64,000 nucleotides of DNA, taken from Waddliaceae bacterium (GTDB lineage Bacteria > Chlamydiota > Chlamydiia > Chlamydiales > SLFE01). Both the position numbers and the translations under genes were made by a program. Positions 53,586 through 63,900 of the stretch are shown here, in pieces. Under the pieces are notes generated by a model. The model worked only from the letters and a program-made list of their open reading frames with translations, searched no databases and was not told where the DNA came from. The DNA is taken from the NCBI GenBank assembly GCA_963771045.1, contig CAVYRW010000004.1, forward strand, positions 928,001 through 992,000, in the 5' to 3' direction. The first letter of the stretch is position 1. Every line of letters begins with the position of its first letter.

Positions 53586-53924
53586 GTGGATAACAAGACT
53601 TATCTTGTCGAATTGTTTAAAATGGAATTTGCCATCATCGGTGGTGCTTTGTGCCTCGCTGCGGCGTTAAGGAACTCGGGTAAAAATAAAATTAGCCGCA
53701 GTGATGAAATGATCAGTCGATTGTGCAGGGCTATTCTCGGAAACTTAGGGGGCATATTTCTTTTCAAAGTCGTTTATGCAATTCTCCCTGAAAAGACGGA
53801 TAAACAAAAATTTTTTAAAGCGAAATATGGAACTTTGCTCGCTTATGCGATACCGGCATCAACATTTATGGGTGCGATGTTCAAAGATGCTCATCAGTCA
53901 TTAAATGGGCCAAAAGCCCAGTAG
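53586..53924 (+). CDS. hypothetical small membrane protein
   Basis: GTG start 3 nt after the previous stop; three hydrophobic segments. Confidence 0.55.
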   Translation: MDNKTYLVELFKMEFAIIGGALCLAAALRNSGKNKISRSDEMISRLCRAILGNLGGIFLFKVVYAILPEKTDKQKFFKAKYGTLLAYAIPASTFMGAMFKDAHQSLNGPKAQ

Positions 53925-54597
53925 CTGTTATTGCAGCGGTTTCCGTTCTTAAGACATTAAGGTTTAGTTTGACTCCTTGCGCTCCTAAGATCTCAAGCTT
54001 TTCGGTTTCAGAATTTTCAAATCCGCTCTCCGGTCCCACGAAAAATCCGGATTGGGCATACGGTTTCCAGACTGCTTGAAGAAATGGGGCCGATTCTCTG
54101 ATATCGCCGAAATAAAATGGCACTTCAAGCCTTGTCCATTTTTCCAATTCAGGCTTTATCGTGAGATTTGGCAGCCATAGCCTTCCGCACTGCTTCAAGG
54201 CTGAAATGCAAAGAATTTTTAACCGCTCCAGCTGAGCGGGCTTTATCTCTTTCCTGTCGCTTTTTTTTCCGGGGAAAAGCCAAAATTGTGTGATTCCGAG
54301 TTCTGTCCCTTTTTCGATAATAAAATCCAATTTCTGAGGACGCGGAAAGGCTTGGGCCAGGATAATCTCTTTAATGGGTTTTTCATATTGTTTTGCAGAG
54401 GCAATATCCAATACTGCCTGTTTTTTTTGAATCTCTTTAACGACGGCTTTAGCCAGCGCTCCCTGCCCGTTTATAATCTCGACGGCATCTCCGGGTTTCA
54501 CCCTCATCACATTGGCCAGATGATGGAATTCCTTATCCCGAATTTCAACAGATGCGCCTTCAGTTAACGGGCGGTCTATAAAGAAGCGGTCAATCAT
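53881..54597 (-). CDS. rsmE: 16S rRNA m3U1498 methyltransferase
   Basis: HHLANVMR, EKGTELG, KQCGR, VGPESGF and LRTETA. Confidence 0.93.
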   Translation of the reverse strand: MIDRFFIDRPLTEGASVEIRDKEFHHLANVMRVKPGDAVEIINGQGALAKAVVKEIQKKQAVLDIASAKQYEKPIKEIILAQAFPRPQKLDFIIEKGTELGITQFWLFPGKKSDRKEIKPAQLERLKILCISALKQCGRLWLPNLTIKPELEKWTRLEVPFYFGDIRESAPFLQAVWKPYAQSGFFVGPESGFENSETEKLEILGAQGVKLNLNVLRTETAAITATGLLAHLMTDEHL

Positions 54598-55889
54598 TTT
54601 TCTTTGACGACTATTTTATGATCGTTAATGGAGATATCAAGCTCCAAGCGTTGGTGTCGACTCTTATACAGCCGAATTTTTTGCATGAAGTTCCGAAAAC
54701 GGTTTCGCCATTTCTCTTCATTGCTGGTATCAGGAAGGCCTCCATGAGGAGAATTTTCACGATATTGTTTACTGAGAAAGGCGACATAACGGTCTTCTAA
54801 AATTTGCGGTTGGATGAATTCGACGCTCCATTTGAGGCTGGTTCCATTTTCCTTCGGCAGCGCAATGATGGAAATTTCCATATAATCTTTGACGATTTGA
54901 ATAAATAATTGGCTCACTTCATAAGCGAATAAATTCATATTCAGGAAAGGGATGCCGTCTTTAATATCAATCAATTCATTTGTTTCCAGGCTGAATGTTT
55001 CAGGGTTAACGTGTCCCAGATTTTCGGTCGGATAGTATACATGAATGGGGAGGGGAGTCTCAAGGGAGATATATTTCTTGCGTAAAAATTCAATCCACAT
55101 TTGCTCAGCATTGGGGTCGTTAATCGGCTGGAATGGAGGATTTAGATAGGGAATATAGACTTTCTTCCAGCTTGTTGGAACTTTGAAATAAATGACATCG
55201 TCGGAAAACGTCCCCGTTTCCGGCGGCTTAAGGCTGGCGAGATCTTCTTTAGTGATGTTGTTGAGATTGAATATCAGCTCCAGCCCTTCAAGTTTGACCT
55301 TTTCTACCTGTTCTTCGGGACCGCTTAAAGTTTGCATAAGTTTTTCCGGCCAAATTCCGAGAAACATGTAGGATCTGGGTATATTTCCCACGGGCTGCTC
55401 GACCTTGATAGGAATTTTTGTTGTGACGAATTTGCTTAATTTGATGATAAATTCCTGCGAAGAGGTATTTTTAATACTTTTCGAAAGGTCGATATTGGGG
55501 TTTAGGCTGATGATATTTTTCTTGCTGATTTGTACAAGCCACTCATTAGGGGCGTTGTCGGCATCGAGAATGACTTCGATATCTCCGGGCTCCAAGCTTT
55601 CAATGACTTTTTTCGTGCCCGTCACTGTAATGGTTGCCCGCCTTTTGAGAATTCCGTTCGGAAGAAGTCCGTCAATGGTTTTATTGGGTTGGAGGTTGAT
55701 GATGCGTATAGGTACGCCGACAAGTGTTTTTGTTTCATTGATCGACTGATTGACAAACCACCAGGCAAGAGCGGCAATGACAATGGCGATAAGCTTTTGC
55801 TTCCAATGATTCGCTATTAATTGCGAGAAAGATTTACTCAATTCTATACCACCGTTTGAAACGTTCAAGGAGGTTGAAAGATTTTTCAA
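54594..55889 (-). CDS. YbbR/CdaR-like regulator (true start probably near 55840)
   Basis: W..KLIAIVIAALAWWFV anchor; lies directly downstream of dacA. Confidence 0.75.
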   Translation of the reverse strand: MKNLSTSLNVSNGGIELSKSFSQLIANHWKQKLIAIVIAALAWWFVNQSINETKTLVGVPIRIINLQPNKTIDGLLPNGILKRRATITVTGTKKVIESLEPGDIEVILDADNAPNEWLVQISKKNIISLNPNIDLSKSIKNTSSQEFIIKLSKFVTTKIPIKVEQPVGNIPRSYMFLGIWPEKLMQTLSGPEEQVEKVKLEGLELIFNLNNITKEDLASLKPPETGTFSDDVIYFKVPTSWKKVYIPYLNPPFQPINDPNAEQMWIEFLRKKYISLETPLPIHVYYPTENLGHVNPETFSLETNELIDIKDGIPFLNMNLFAYEVSQLFIQIVKDYMEISIIALPKENGTSLKWSVEFIQPQILEDRYVAFLSKQYRENSPHGGLPDTSNEEKWRNRFRNFMQKIRLYKSRHQRLELDISINDHKIVVKEK

Positions 55890-56628
55890 ATTTCATTTGA
55901 GGAGGATTGAAAATGCTGCCTAGAATTCCTTTAAACCTGTCCATTTTCACGCCTCTTGTCATGATGCCGTCCCTCGCAATCGCAACTCTCCCTGTTTCTT
56001 CGGAAACGACGATCACAAGAGCGTCCGATAGTTGGCTGATACCCAAAGCGGCCCTGTGGCGGGTTCCCATTGATTTGGAAAGCTGAGAAGTGTCGTCGGA
56101 AAGGGGAAGAATCGTAGAGGCGGAAATAATTCTTGTTCCGCTTATGATGACCGCTCCGTCATGTAGAGGTGTGCTTGTTGAAAAAATCGTTTCCAGAAGT
56201 TCAGGAGAAAAGGTGGCATTGACGAGGACGGCTTTTTGAGCATACTCATCAAGGGAATCTTGATTTTCCAGCAGGACGATAGCGCCGATTTTTTTTTCTG
56301 CCAGCCGATAGATGCAATGGGTGATTCCGTTGAGGAATTTATCAAACTCTGTCAATTCCCGATATTTTTTTCCTTTGACGCTCAATTTTGATAAGGCCAG
56401 CCTAAGCTCGGGCTGAAATATGATTAGCAGAGCGATTACGGCTACATTGACAAAATAATACATCAGTTTTTGAAGGACAGGAAGCTGGAGCCAATAGACA
56501 ATAGCATAAAGGGCCAGAAACGCGAGAATACCGTAGAGGAGATCCATTGCCCGAGTGTTCCAGAAAAAGGAAAGCAAGTAATAGATGATCAAAGCGATGA
56601 TGAAAATTTCTAAAAACGATATAAACAT
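55834..56628 (-). CDS. dacA: diadenylate cyclase
   Basis: three TM segments; IFQPELR, PLHDGA, GTRHRAA and VSEETG. Confidence 0.95.
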   Translation of the reverse strand: MFISFLEIFIIALIIYYLLSFFWNTRAMDLLYGILAFLALYAIVYWLQLPVLQKLMYYFVNVAVIALLIIFQPELRLALSKLSVKGKKYRELTEFDKFLNGITHCIYRLAEKKIGAIVLLENQDSLDEYAQKAVLVNATFSPELLETIFSTSTPLHDGAVIISGTRIISASTILPLSDDTSQLSKSMGTRHRAALGISQLSDALVIVVSEETGRVAIARDGIMTRGVKMDRFKGILGSIFNPPQMKFEKSFNLLERFKRWYRIE

Positions 56629-56782
56629 CTTATTTTCCGCTACTTAAGGGCTTCCTGGCAATCTGTTAGTTGAATTTGAAAGAAACCCCGGCTCAGTCTG
56701 ATATTGGCTGATTACCGGATTATTATCAACGTTTTACTTGAAGCTTTCGAGGTTCTTGAGTTATGATCAATTGCTTGAAGAC

Positions 56783-57790
56783 ATGAAGTACACAAATTTT
56801 AAATCTTTTGTCAAACATCTGGAATCGGCCGGTCCCGACCATTTTGCGCCGGTTTATCTGCTTTTGGCTAAAGATTCTTTTGAAACGCAGTCGGCCATGC
56901 AGCAGATACAAGAGAAGGCTTTGACTTGTGAACCTCAGAAAAGCTTTGATTCGACGCATGCAGTCGAGGCTGTCAGTGCCGAGCTCAATTCATTTTCGAT
57001 GTTCGGCGGGCGAAAGATCATCGTGCTCCACGGGGTTGACAAGGCATCCGCGCCGCTAAAGAAATTGATCGAATCCTATCTTGAAGACCCGGCAAGCAAA
57101 GTGATTTTGGTGCTAACTGCAAGCTCTCTTGCGGCAAACACCAAATTTTACAAAGTTTTGGAAAAAAAGGGAGTAGTTCTCAATTTAACCGGACCGGAAA
57201 AGCCTTGGGAAAAAGCAGGTCGTATGGTTGACTGGGTCAAAGAGCAGGCGGGCAGGTCTGATAAGCAGCTGGATGGAAAAGCGGCCGAGGCGCTGATCTG
57301 CCATTTGGGAACGGATGTGTCTTTGCTTCATAGCGAGCTGGAAAAGCTTATCTGCTATGTGGGAAGCCGCCTGCAGATAACCGAGGAAGACATCAACACC
57401 TTGTGCCCTGCTGTCAATCAAGAGACTGTCTGGCAGCTGGGAGAGGCTATTTTCCGTTCGGATGCGTCAAAAGCTATCCGTATCGGAAAAGATCTGCTGA
57501 ATAATCAGGTTCCGCTGATTGTCTTGCTCAGGCAAATCCGCAAGCAGTTTCAAACCGGCTGTTTTGTCGGCTCTGTTTTAGCAAGTAGATCCGACCAGAC
57601 AGAAATAACAAAAGCGTTTCCGTATATGAGGGGCCGCATCCTGCAGCAGCATATTCAAACGGCAAAAAACTATGGGGCCAGGCGCTTTGCAAAAGGGATT
57701 GCCGCTATTGACCGCGCAGAGGTTGAAGCGAAAAACAGCTCGGCTGCCGACGGGGCGCTCCTTGAACTTTTAATCGCCGGGCTGACATGA
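56783..57790 (+). CDS. holA: DNA polymerase III delta subunit
   Basis: VYLL, SMFGGRKII and ELEKLICY; size fits. Confidence 0.82.
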   Translation: MKYTNFKSFVKHLESAGPDHFAPVYLLLAKDSFETQSAMQQIQEKALTCEPQKSFDSTHAVEAVSAELNSFSMFGGRKIIVLHGVDKASAPLKKLIESYLEDPASKVILVLTASSLAANTKFYKVLEKKGVVLNLTGPEKPWEKAGRMVDWVKEQAGRSDKQLDGKAAEALICHLGTDVSLLHSELEKLICYVGSRLQITEEDINTLCPAVNQETVWQLGEAIFRSDASKAIRIGKDLLNNQVPLIVLLRQIRKQFQTGCFVGSVLASRSDQTEITKAFPYMRGRILQQHIQTAKNYGARRFAKGIAAIDRAEVEAKNSSAADGALLELLIAGLT

Positions 57791-58497
57791 TGAAGGGTAA
57801 ACTTTTACTCCTTCCTAATGTTTTAGGCGAAGTGCCGCATCATGAAGTCTTTCTTCCTCCAAGTGTAGACAAGGCGGTTTCGACGCTTGACGGCCTCATC
57901 GCCGAAAGTGAAAAAGGGGGGAGGCGCTACCTTGGACGTTTTCAGACGAAAAAAAGTCCCAGGGATATTCCTATTGCGCTGCTCAACAAACACACACAAG
58001 ACTATGATTTTCTTCTCGAACCTGTGAAGGATGGAGAAATCTGGGGAGTTGTGTCCGACGCCGGCCTTCCCTGTATCGCCGATCCGGGATCACATCTGGT
58101 GGCCAGGGCAAAAACACTTGGTCTCAAAGTGCAAGCTTTTGTCGGGCCCTCGTCTTTAATGCTGGCTCTGATGCAATCGGGGCTGACAGGGCAGCAGTTT
58201 TACTTTCAGGGTTACTTGCCGAAAGATCCGAAAAGGCGCAAAGAGCGCATTGAAGTGCTGGAAAGGCAATCGAAGCTAGAGGGAGCTACCCAAATTTTCA
58301 TTGAGGCTCCTCATCGCAATCTGCACACTTTGGAAACCCTTCTTGAGGTCCTGTATGAAAAAACACTTCTTTCAGTCGCATGGGAACTCACTTTGCCAAC
58401 ACAAGGAATACTCACTCAAGAGACAGCTATTTGGAAGAAGAGTCCACTGCCTGCTATTGAAAAGAAACCGGCAATCTTTCTCTTCAACGCGGGTTAG
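57787..58497 (+). CDS. tetrapyrrole-methylase (RsmI-like) SAM methyltransferase
   Basis: VSDAGLPCIADPG, GPSSLMLALMQSG and FIEAPHR. Confidence 0.85.
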   Translation: MMKGKLLLLPNVLGEVPHHEVFLPPSVDKAVSTLDGLIAESEKGGRRYLGRFQTKKSPRDIPIALLNKHTQDYDFLLEPVKDGEIWGVVSDAGLPCIADPGSHLVARAKTLGLKVQAFVGPSSLMLALMQSGLTGQQFYFQGYLPKDPKRRKERIEVLERQSKLEGATQIFIEAPHRNLHTLETLLEVLYEKTLLSVAWELTLPTQGILTQETAIWKKSPLPAIEKKPAIFLFNAG

Positions 58498-59585
58498 ATT
58501 AATTCCGAGGCGATAGTGTCGTAATGGAGGATGCCGAGGGGAGTCAGCTTGACTGTGCTGTTTTCGATGGAAAGCAGTCCGTCTTTGACAAGGGCATCCA
58601 AGACTTTAAGATCCGGGCAGCGGTTGATCTTGACGCCGCTTAAGAGTCGGAGATTGATGACAAAACGTTCCCGAAGGGAGGCTGAAAGTTCGAGCTTTTC
58701 TTCAAAGTCCGACGGCCGTTTATTTTCTTCAAGGAGGCGGCAGTATTTATTTAAGTTGGCGATATTGCGAAAGCGGCAGCCTCTCCAGTAGCTGTATGCT
58801 GACGGGCCAAGCCCTAAAAACGGCCTTGCTGTCCAATAACCTAAGTTGTGCTGTGATTCGTATCCCGGTTTGCAGAAGGCCGAAATTTCATATTGGTAAA
58901 AACCGGAATCGTGCAACGCTGTTTGGGCAGTTTCGTACATTTTTCGGCTAGTGACATCATCGGGGACTTGAGGTTGAAGGTTTTTTTTCTCTTTGTCAAA
59001 AACAGTATGGGGTTCAAAAGTCAGATTATAGAGGGAAATGTGGTTGACGGGAAGAGAGCAGGCTGTTTGCAAGGTGCTTTTCCATTGAGAGAGGGATTGA
59101 CCGGGGATATCATACATCAAATCTATCGAAATATTGGCAATGCCGGAGCTTGCAAGCGTCTCGACGGTCCATGCGGCCTTTTGAGAAGAGTGGGTTCTTG
59201 AAAGCGTTTGCAGAAGGGAGTCATCGAAAGATTGGACCCCTAGGCTGACCCGATTGATTCCCGAACGGGCATATTTCAAAATGAGCTCTTTAGAGACACC
59301 GTCCGGATTGACTTCAAGGGTGAGTTCAACTTCCCCGGGATTGATCCAGTTAAGAATTTCAGCAATCCGCTCCGGGCCGAAAAGGGAAGGGGTGCCCCCG
59401 CCAAAGTAGATAGATACGAGTTCTTTTGCTTCAGAGATCTTTTTAATGCGCTGCCATTCTTTTCGCAACCCTTCAAGAAGCTGATCTTTATAAGATTCTT
59501 TATCGGGAAGGACAAAAAAATGGCAGTAATCGCATTTCTTTTTGCAAAAAGGGAGATGGAAATAAAGTGAATAATCACCAATCAT
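58494..59585 (-). CDS. hemW: radical SAM heme chaperone HemW/HemN-like
   Basis: HLPFCKKKCDYC, YFGGGTPS, RVSLGVQS, YEISAF and HNLGYW; start taken at MIGDY. Confidence 0.88.
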   Translation of the reverse strand: MIGDYSLYFHLPFCKKKCDYCHFFVLPDKESYKDQLLEGLRKEWQRIKKISEAKELVSIYFGGGTPSLFGPERIAEILNWINPGEVELTLEVNPDGVSKELILKYARSGINRVSLGVQSFDDSLLQTLSRTHSSQKAAWTVETLASSGIANISIDLMYDIPGQSLSQWKSTLQTACSLPVNHISLYNLTFEPHTVFDKEKKNLQPQVPDDVTSRKMYETAQTALHDSGFYQYEISAFCKPGYESQHNLGYWTARPFLGLGPSAYSYWRGCRFRNIANLNKYCRLLEENKRPSDFEEKLELSASLRERFVINLRLLSGVKINRCPDLKVLDALVKDGLLSIENSTVKLTPLGILHYDTIASELI

Positions 59586-60036
59586 CGGCGTCCGGGTCGA
59601 TGATGCCGCCCCGTTTCCATCGATTCTTGTCGCTGAAATAAGACTCTTCCTCGACAAAGCTTTCTTCCTTTTCATTTTCGGAATCGTCATCTTGCCCGCT
59701 GTCGGTTTTTTCAAATGCGACCGACTGTGTGTCTTCGGACTCGGATTCAAAGCCCGCTCCCGTTTCAGCCATATCGATATCGGGAATAGTGGGCATTTCG
59801 GTAAAGCCCGCCCGTGTGGCAGTTCTTTTGGGGGCGATATATTCTTCGACTTCACCGCTTTCTTTAAGAATTTGAAGTCTTTCCTTCTCTTCTTTGATTT
59901 TTTCTCTAACACCAAGAATTTCTTCTTTATGCTTTTCTACGTCTTTTTTGGGCACCAGACCGAGCTTTAGCCACTGCTCCAAGTCTTGTAGTTCCGCCTC
60001 CAACTTTTTTAAACGTTCACTTTTTATTGTTCTCAT
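59575..60036 (-). CDS. conserved hypothetical protein (coiled coil with acidic C-terminus)
   Basis: 153-aa ORF overlapping the hemW start. Confidence 0.75.
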   Translation of the reverse strand: MRTIKSERLKKLEAELQDLEQWLKLGLVPKKDVEKHKEEILGVREKIKEEKERLQILKESGEVEEYIAPKRTATRAGFTEMPTIPDIDMAETGAGFESESEDTQSVAFEKTDSGQDDDSENEKEESFVEEESYFSDKNRWKRGGIIDPDADDW

Positions 60037-60190
60037 TGATCCCTTAAATTTGTTTGTGCTAATAGTTTTGGGAACTTCTGATTAATAGAAGCCATTCCTC
60101 CAACTTGATTTTAACTATAATTAATAGCTAAAATCAAGAAAATAGATCAACTATTACTGAAGGATTACGAATCATAAATAAAACGCGGTT

Positions 60191-61759
60191 TTAGGACAAG
60201 GGTTTTTTTGGGGATTTTTGTCTTCTTAAACGAAAAAATAGCATAAAGAGAGCAAAAAAGAGCTCAAAACCGGTAAAAATCGCATAGATAAGTTCTCCTC
60301 CTTGTCCAAAGCCGTAGCTGTGAAGCCCGACTCCTAATATATAATTGACGCCGTACCAAGTAAATGTAATGAACTGAAGACCGATTATAGAACCGACTGC
60401 GAGCCCGAGAGCGCCAATTTTTCTGAAATAGTGAGCATGGATGATCACCAAATAGACAGCGCTGGAAATAAATGCCCAGGACTCTTTTGGATCCCAGTCC
60501 CAGAATCTCCCCCAACTCTGTGCTGCCCATATCCCTCCCAGAATTGTTCCTGTAATGAGGAGGGCTGTTCCCATGTATAAGCTTTGCAGAATCATCTTAG
60601 GCATTTGCTTTGGGGAGGCGGCAAGATATATATGAGATAGAATGCCGGATAAAATAAAGGCTCCGTAGCTTCCCACGACCATCAGTACGTGAACAGTGAG
60701 CCAAAACTGCGAATTGAGCACAGGGCGGACTGTTTCGAGTTCATGACTGCTATAGGCGGTTTGATTGAGCGTCAGCAAGATCACTGCCGCCCCCGCCGAA
60801 GCGGCAAGGGGAATCCGATTTTTCAAAATGAAGGCAAGCAGGCAAGAGAAAACAGCAGCAACCCAAGGAACATAAAGTATGGTTTCCGACATATTTGAAA
60901 CGGGCGGCCGTCCCAAAATCAGACATCTCATGGCAAGAGTTGTTGTATGAAAAGCAAAAGCGGGCACAAAGCACCAGAGTCCCCATTGAGGTTTTGCGAA
61001 AAAGAATACTAAAGAAAGGGCATAAAGAATCATTGTGATCCAGACTAAAGGGAGCCGGTAATAGAAGTTTTCTAATTTTAGCTGCAGTAGTGAGGGGAGT
61101 TTTAATGTGGTGTGCGATCCTTGCAGTATCGTTTTGCCGGCTATCGTCTGATAATTGCGGGCTAAAAGGTTTGTCAACTCCTTTTGGAGTTGAATGGATT
61201 TTTGATAATCGTCGTTTTTAAAAGAGCGGAGAAGCTTTGAGTAAGCATTTTTAATTTTAGCAAACTCTTCATTGGAAAAGGCGGTCGGATTTTCTTCAAG
61301 GGAGGACAAAGATTTTAGAGGAAACCAGATTCCCGGATCACTTGCGGAGGGGAGCATTTTTAAATCGAAAGCGCTAAGGTGGAGGGGGATTTCGGGATTT
61401 TCACGGTAGGTACCAAACAGTTCATAGAGCTTTATCCGACTAGATAGCGGTTCTTCAAGTTTCTGTGATTTCAATTCGTCATAGGAGAATCTTGTGCCTC
61501 CGGAATAAAATAGGGGGAAGGAGTCGAATGGCTTGTGGCCGAGGAAATGCAAAGCCCAAATCAGCTCGCCGGCGCTGTTGATCGGCAGCGGCAAATAATC
61601 ACGATGCTCTTTTTTTATGGTGGAAAGGTGATAAATTTCAGACAGCCAATCTTTTGAATACGCGGTGAACGGCCTGATACGGCCGTTATCATTGATTGGC
61701 GCGTCGCCGCCAAATAGGAAACAGGGGATGAGCGCATAAGCGAACAGCAAAAATCGCAT
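60191..61759 (-). CDS. ccsA: cytochrome c biogenesis protein, system II
   Basis: PVSNMSE, PVLNSQFWLTVHV and the WWD motif WAAQSWGRFWDWDPKESW; GLHSY. Confidence 0.9.
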   Translation of the reverse strand: MRFLLFAYALIPCFLFGGDAPINDNGRIRPFTAYSKDWLSEIYHLSTIKKEHRDYLPLPINSAGELIWALHFLGHKPFDSFPLFYSGGTRFSYDELKSQKLEEPLSSRIKLYELFGTYRENPEIPLHLSAFDLKMLPSASDPGIWFPLKSLSSLEENPTAFSNEEFAKIKNAYSKLLRSFKNDDYQKSIQLQKELTNLLARNYQTIAGKTILQGSHTTLKLPSLLQLKLENFYYRLPLVWITMILYALSLVFFFAKPQWGLWCFVPAFAFHTTTLAMRCLILGRPPVSNMSETILYVPWVAAVFSCLLAFILKNRIPLAASAGAAVILLTLNQTAYSSHELETVRPVLNSQFWLTVHVLMVVGSYGAFILSGILSHIYLAASPKQMPKMILQSLYMGTALLITGTILGGIWAAQSWGRFWDWDPKESWAFISSAVYLVIIHAHYFRKIGALGLAVGSIIGLQFITFTWYGVNYILGVGLHSYGFGQGGELIYAIFTGFELFFALFMLFFRLRRQKSPKKPLS

Positions 61760-62035
61760 GTAAAAAAAATACTGGATCGTTGAATCCCTGTCAATTGTTA
61801 ATCAAAGGATCTCAGCCTCTATAAAAATGCGTATCAGCGCAAGTCCTGAGGAATTAAACCCGCAGGCGGCAAAAGAGGTGATCGAGCTGATACTGGAGAA
61901 TAATTTGCGGGTTCCTCGTAAAGATATTCGATTTTATGTTTCCTCCGCAGCCGCCACAGGACAAAAAAAAATGGCTCAAATGTTTTTAGATAAAGTCCGG
62001 GAATGATATAGTGATATATTTAGAGAGGCAATAAA

Positions 62036-63898
62036 ATGGAAAACCGTTGCTTGGGCGACTATCAGATTATCAAACAAATCGGGCAGGGGACGCTGGGACG
62101 CGTTTACTTGGCAGAGCACAGGTTCATGAAGCGCCAGTTTGTGATCAAAGTCCTGCCGGCGGAGCTCGCCTCGGATAGGGGGTTTGTTCAGCGTTTTGAG
62201 GAAGAGGTGAGCATTTTATCCACGCTCGACCATCCCAATATCGTTAAAATCCACAATGTTTCTTTTGCCGAGGGCATGTATTTCCTCGTTTTGGATTGCG
62301 TCGTGGACGAAATTGGAGAAACAACGAATCTGACAAAATATGTGACGGGCCTGCCTATCCCTATAAAAGAAAACGACCTCTTCGATCTTTTGAATCAAAT
62401 CGCCTCTGCCCTCGATTTTGCCCATCAGAAAAAAATCGGCGGCAAAGGCGTTGTCCACAGATGCCTGAAGCCCAATAATATTTTAGTGTCGAAAGGCAGT
62501 CAGGGACCCCTCCTTAAAATTTCCGATTTCGGCCTGACAAGAATCATCGGCATCGGCTCGGTGCTTACCAGAACGTTTCAGGCTGTTGCCGAGGCGATGG
62601 AAATCGCAACCGACAACTTCTCCGGAGGGGAAAAAGAACCCCTTAAATTGACATCGCTGCACGGTTCTTTTCTCCAGAACCTCGCATTTTTATCACCCGA
62701 ACAGAAAAATATTGAAGATTCGCAAAAAGTCGATATTAAAACCGATGTTTTCGCTTTCGGAGTCCTTGCCTATTTTCTGATGTTCCGCTCATATCCCGAA
62801 GGCGTGTTTCCCCTCCCTTCCTTACAAGGATGGGGGTATAAGGGCGACTGGGACAGGCTGCTGGATCTGACTCTGCGGAAATCCCCCGATGAGCGCCCTG
62901 AAAAACTAACGGAGCTTCTTGAGGAAATTACTAAGCAGAAAAAGGAACCGGCCACTGCGGTCAAAGAGAGCGCGCTTGCCGAAAAGATGCAAGTTAAAGT
63001 ACCCAAACAGGAAAAAGTTCTCGCGAAAGCGACAGCATCGGAAAGCCTTAAACCGATCATTCACTCTTCTCAAATTGACCGTCCGCAAATCGATCACGAC
63101 CCGGCTACTGCCTTTCAAGTCGATTCGACAGTCAAGGTTTACCAACCCGAAGAACAGGAAGTGAGAAACATTCAGCCCATCATGACCGACATGGTGATCG
63201 TAAAAGGGGGAACGTTCTGGAGAGGAAGCAAGGATGGCAATCGCGATGAACAACCGCTCCATCAAGTCTCTCTTGGAAGCTTTGCCATCGACATACATCC
63301 TGTCACGAATGAGCAGTTTGTCCGCTTTTTAGAAGTCATGGGGGGCGAAAAGGATTGCAATCATAACGATATAGTCAAATTGAAAGAGTCGCGGATTAAA
63401 AGGGTGGCCGGGAAGATAAGCATCGAATCTGGATACTCCAAGCACCCTGTTGTAGGAGTTACCTGGTACGGTGCTGTTGCCTATGCCAAATGGGTCGGCA
63501 AGAGGCTTCCCGCCGAGGCAGAGTGGGAGATCGCCGCCCGCGGCGGAATAGACGGCGCTCTCTTTCCCTCGGGCGAAGATATCGAAAAAACACAAGCCAA
63601 CTTTTTCAGCTCTGACACGACCGCCGTCATGAGCTACGCTCCCAATGGATTCGGCCTTTATGATATGGCCGGCAATGTTTATGAGTGGTGCCACGACTGG
63701 TATGGCTATAATTATTACGACACCTCGATGCAAGAACCGGAAAATCCCAGAGGTCCTATTCAGGGGGTTTACCGCGTTCTTCGGGGAGGGTGCTGGAAAA
63801 GTCTGAAAGAAGATTTAAGGTGTTCCCGCCGCCATCGGAATAATCCCGGAACTGTCAATAGCACTTATGGATTCCGCTGCGCAGCGGATGTGGAATAA
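62036..63898 (+). CDS. pkn1: Ser/Thr kinase with C-terminal FGE-sulfatase domain (Pkn1)
   Basis: IGQGTLG, VIK and SDFG; RLPAEAEWE, GLYDMAGNVYEW, RGGCW and GFRC. Confidence 0.9.
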   Translation: MENRCLGDYQIIKQIGQGTLGRVYLAEHRFMKRQFVIKVLPAELASDRGFVQRFEEEVSILSTLDHPNIVKIHNVSFAEGMYFLVLDCVVDEIGETTNLTKYVTGLPIPIKENDLFDLLNQIASALDFAHQKKIGGKGVVHRCLKPNNILVSKGSQGPLLKISDFGLTRIIGIGSVLTRTFQAVAEAMEIATDNFSGGEKEPLKLTSLHGSFLQNLAFLSPEQKNIEDSQKVDIKTDVFAFGVLAYFLMFRSYPEGVFPLPSLQGWGYKGDWDRLLDLTLRKSPDERPEKLTELLEEITKQKKEPATAVKESALAEKMQVKVPKQEKVLAKATASESLKPIIHSSQIDRPQIDHDPATAFQVDSTVKVYQPEEQEVRNIQPIMTDMVIVKGGTFWRGSKDGNRDEQPLHQVSLGSFAIDIHPVTNEQFVRFLEVMGGEKDCNHNDIVKLKESRIKRVAGKISIESGYSKHPVVGVTWYGAVAYAKWVGKRLPAEAEWEIAARGGIDGALFPSGEDIEKTQANFFSSDTTAVMSYAPNGFGLYDMAGNVYEWCHDWYGYNYYDTSMQEPENPRGPIQGVYRVLRGGCWKSLKEDLRCSRRHRNNPGTVNSTYGFRCAADVE

Positions 63899-63900
63899 AT

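Noticed and set aside
59586..59915. 110-aa N-terminal extension of HemW
   Set aside because: It overlaps the upstream gene in another frame; the likely start is 59585.
61827..62006. 59-aa ORF upstream of pkn1
   Set aside because: No SD sequence or motif, so it cannot be supported.
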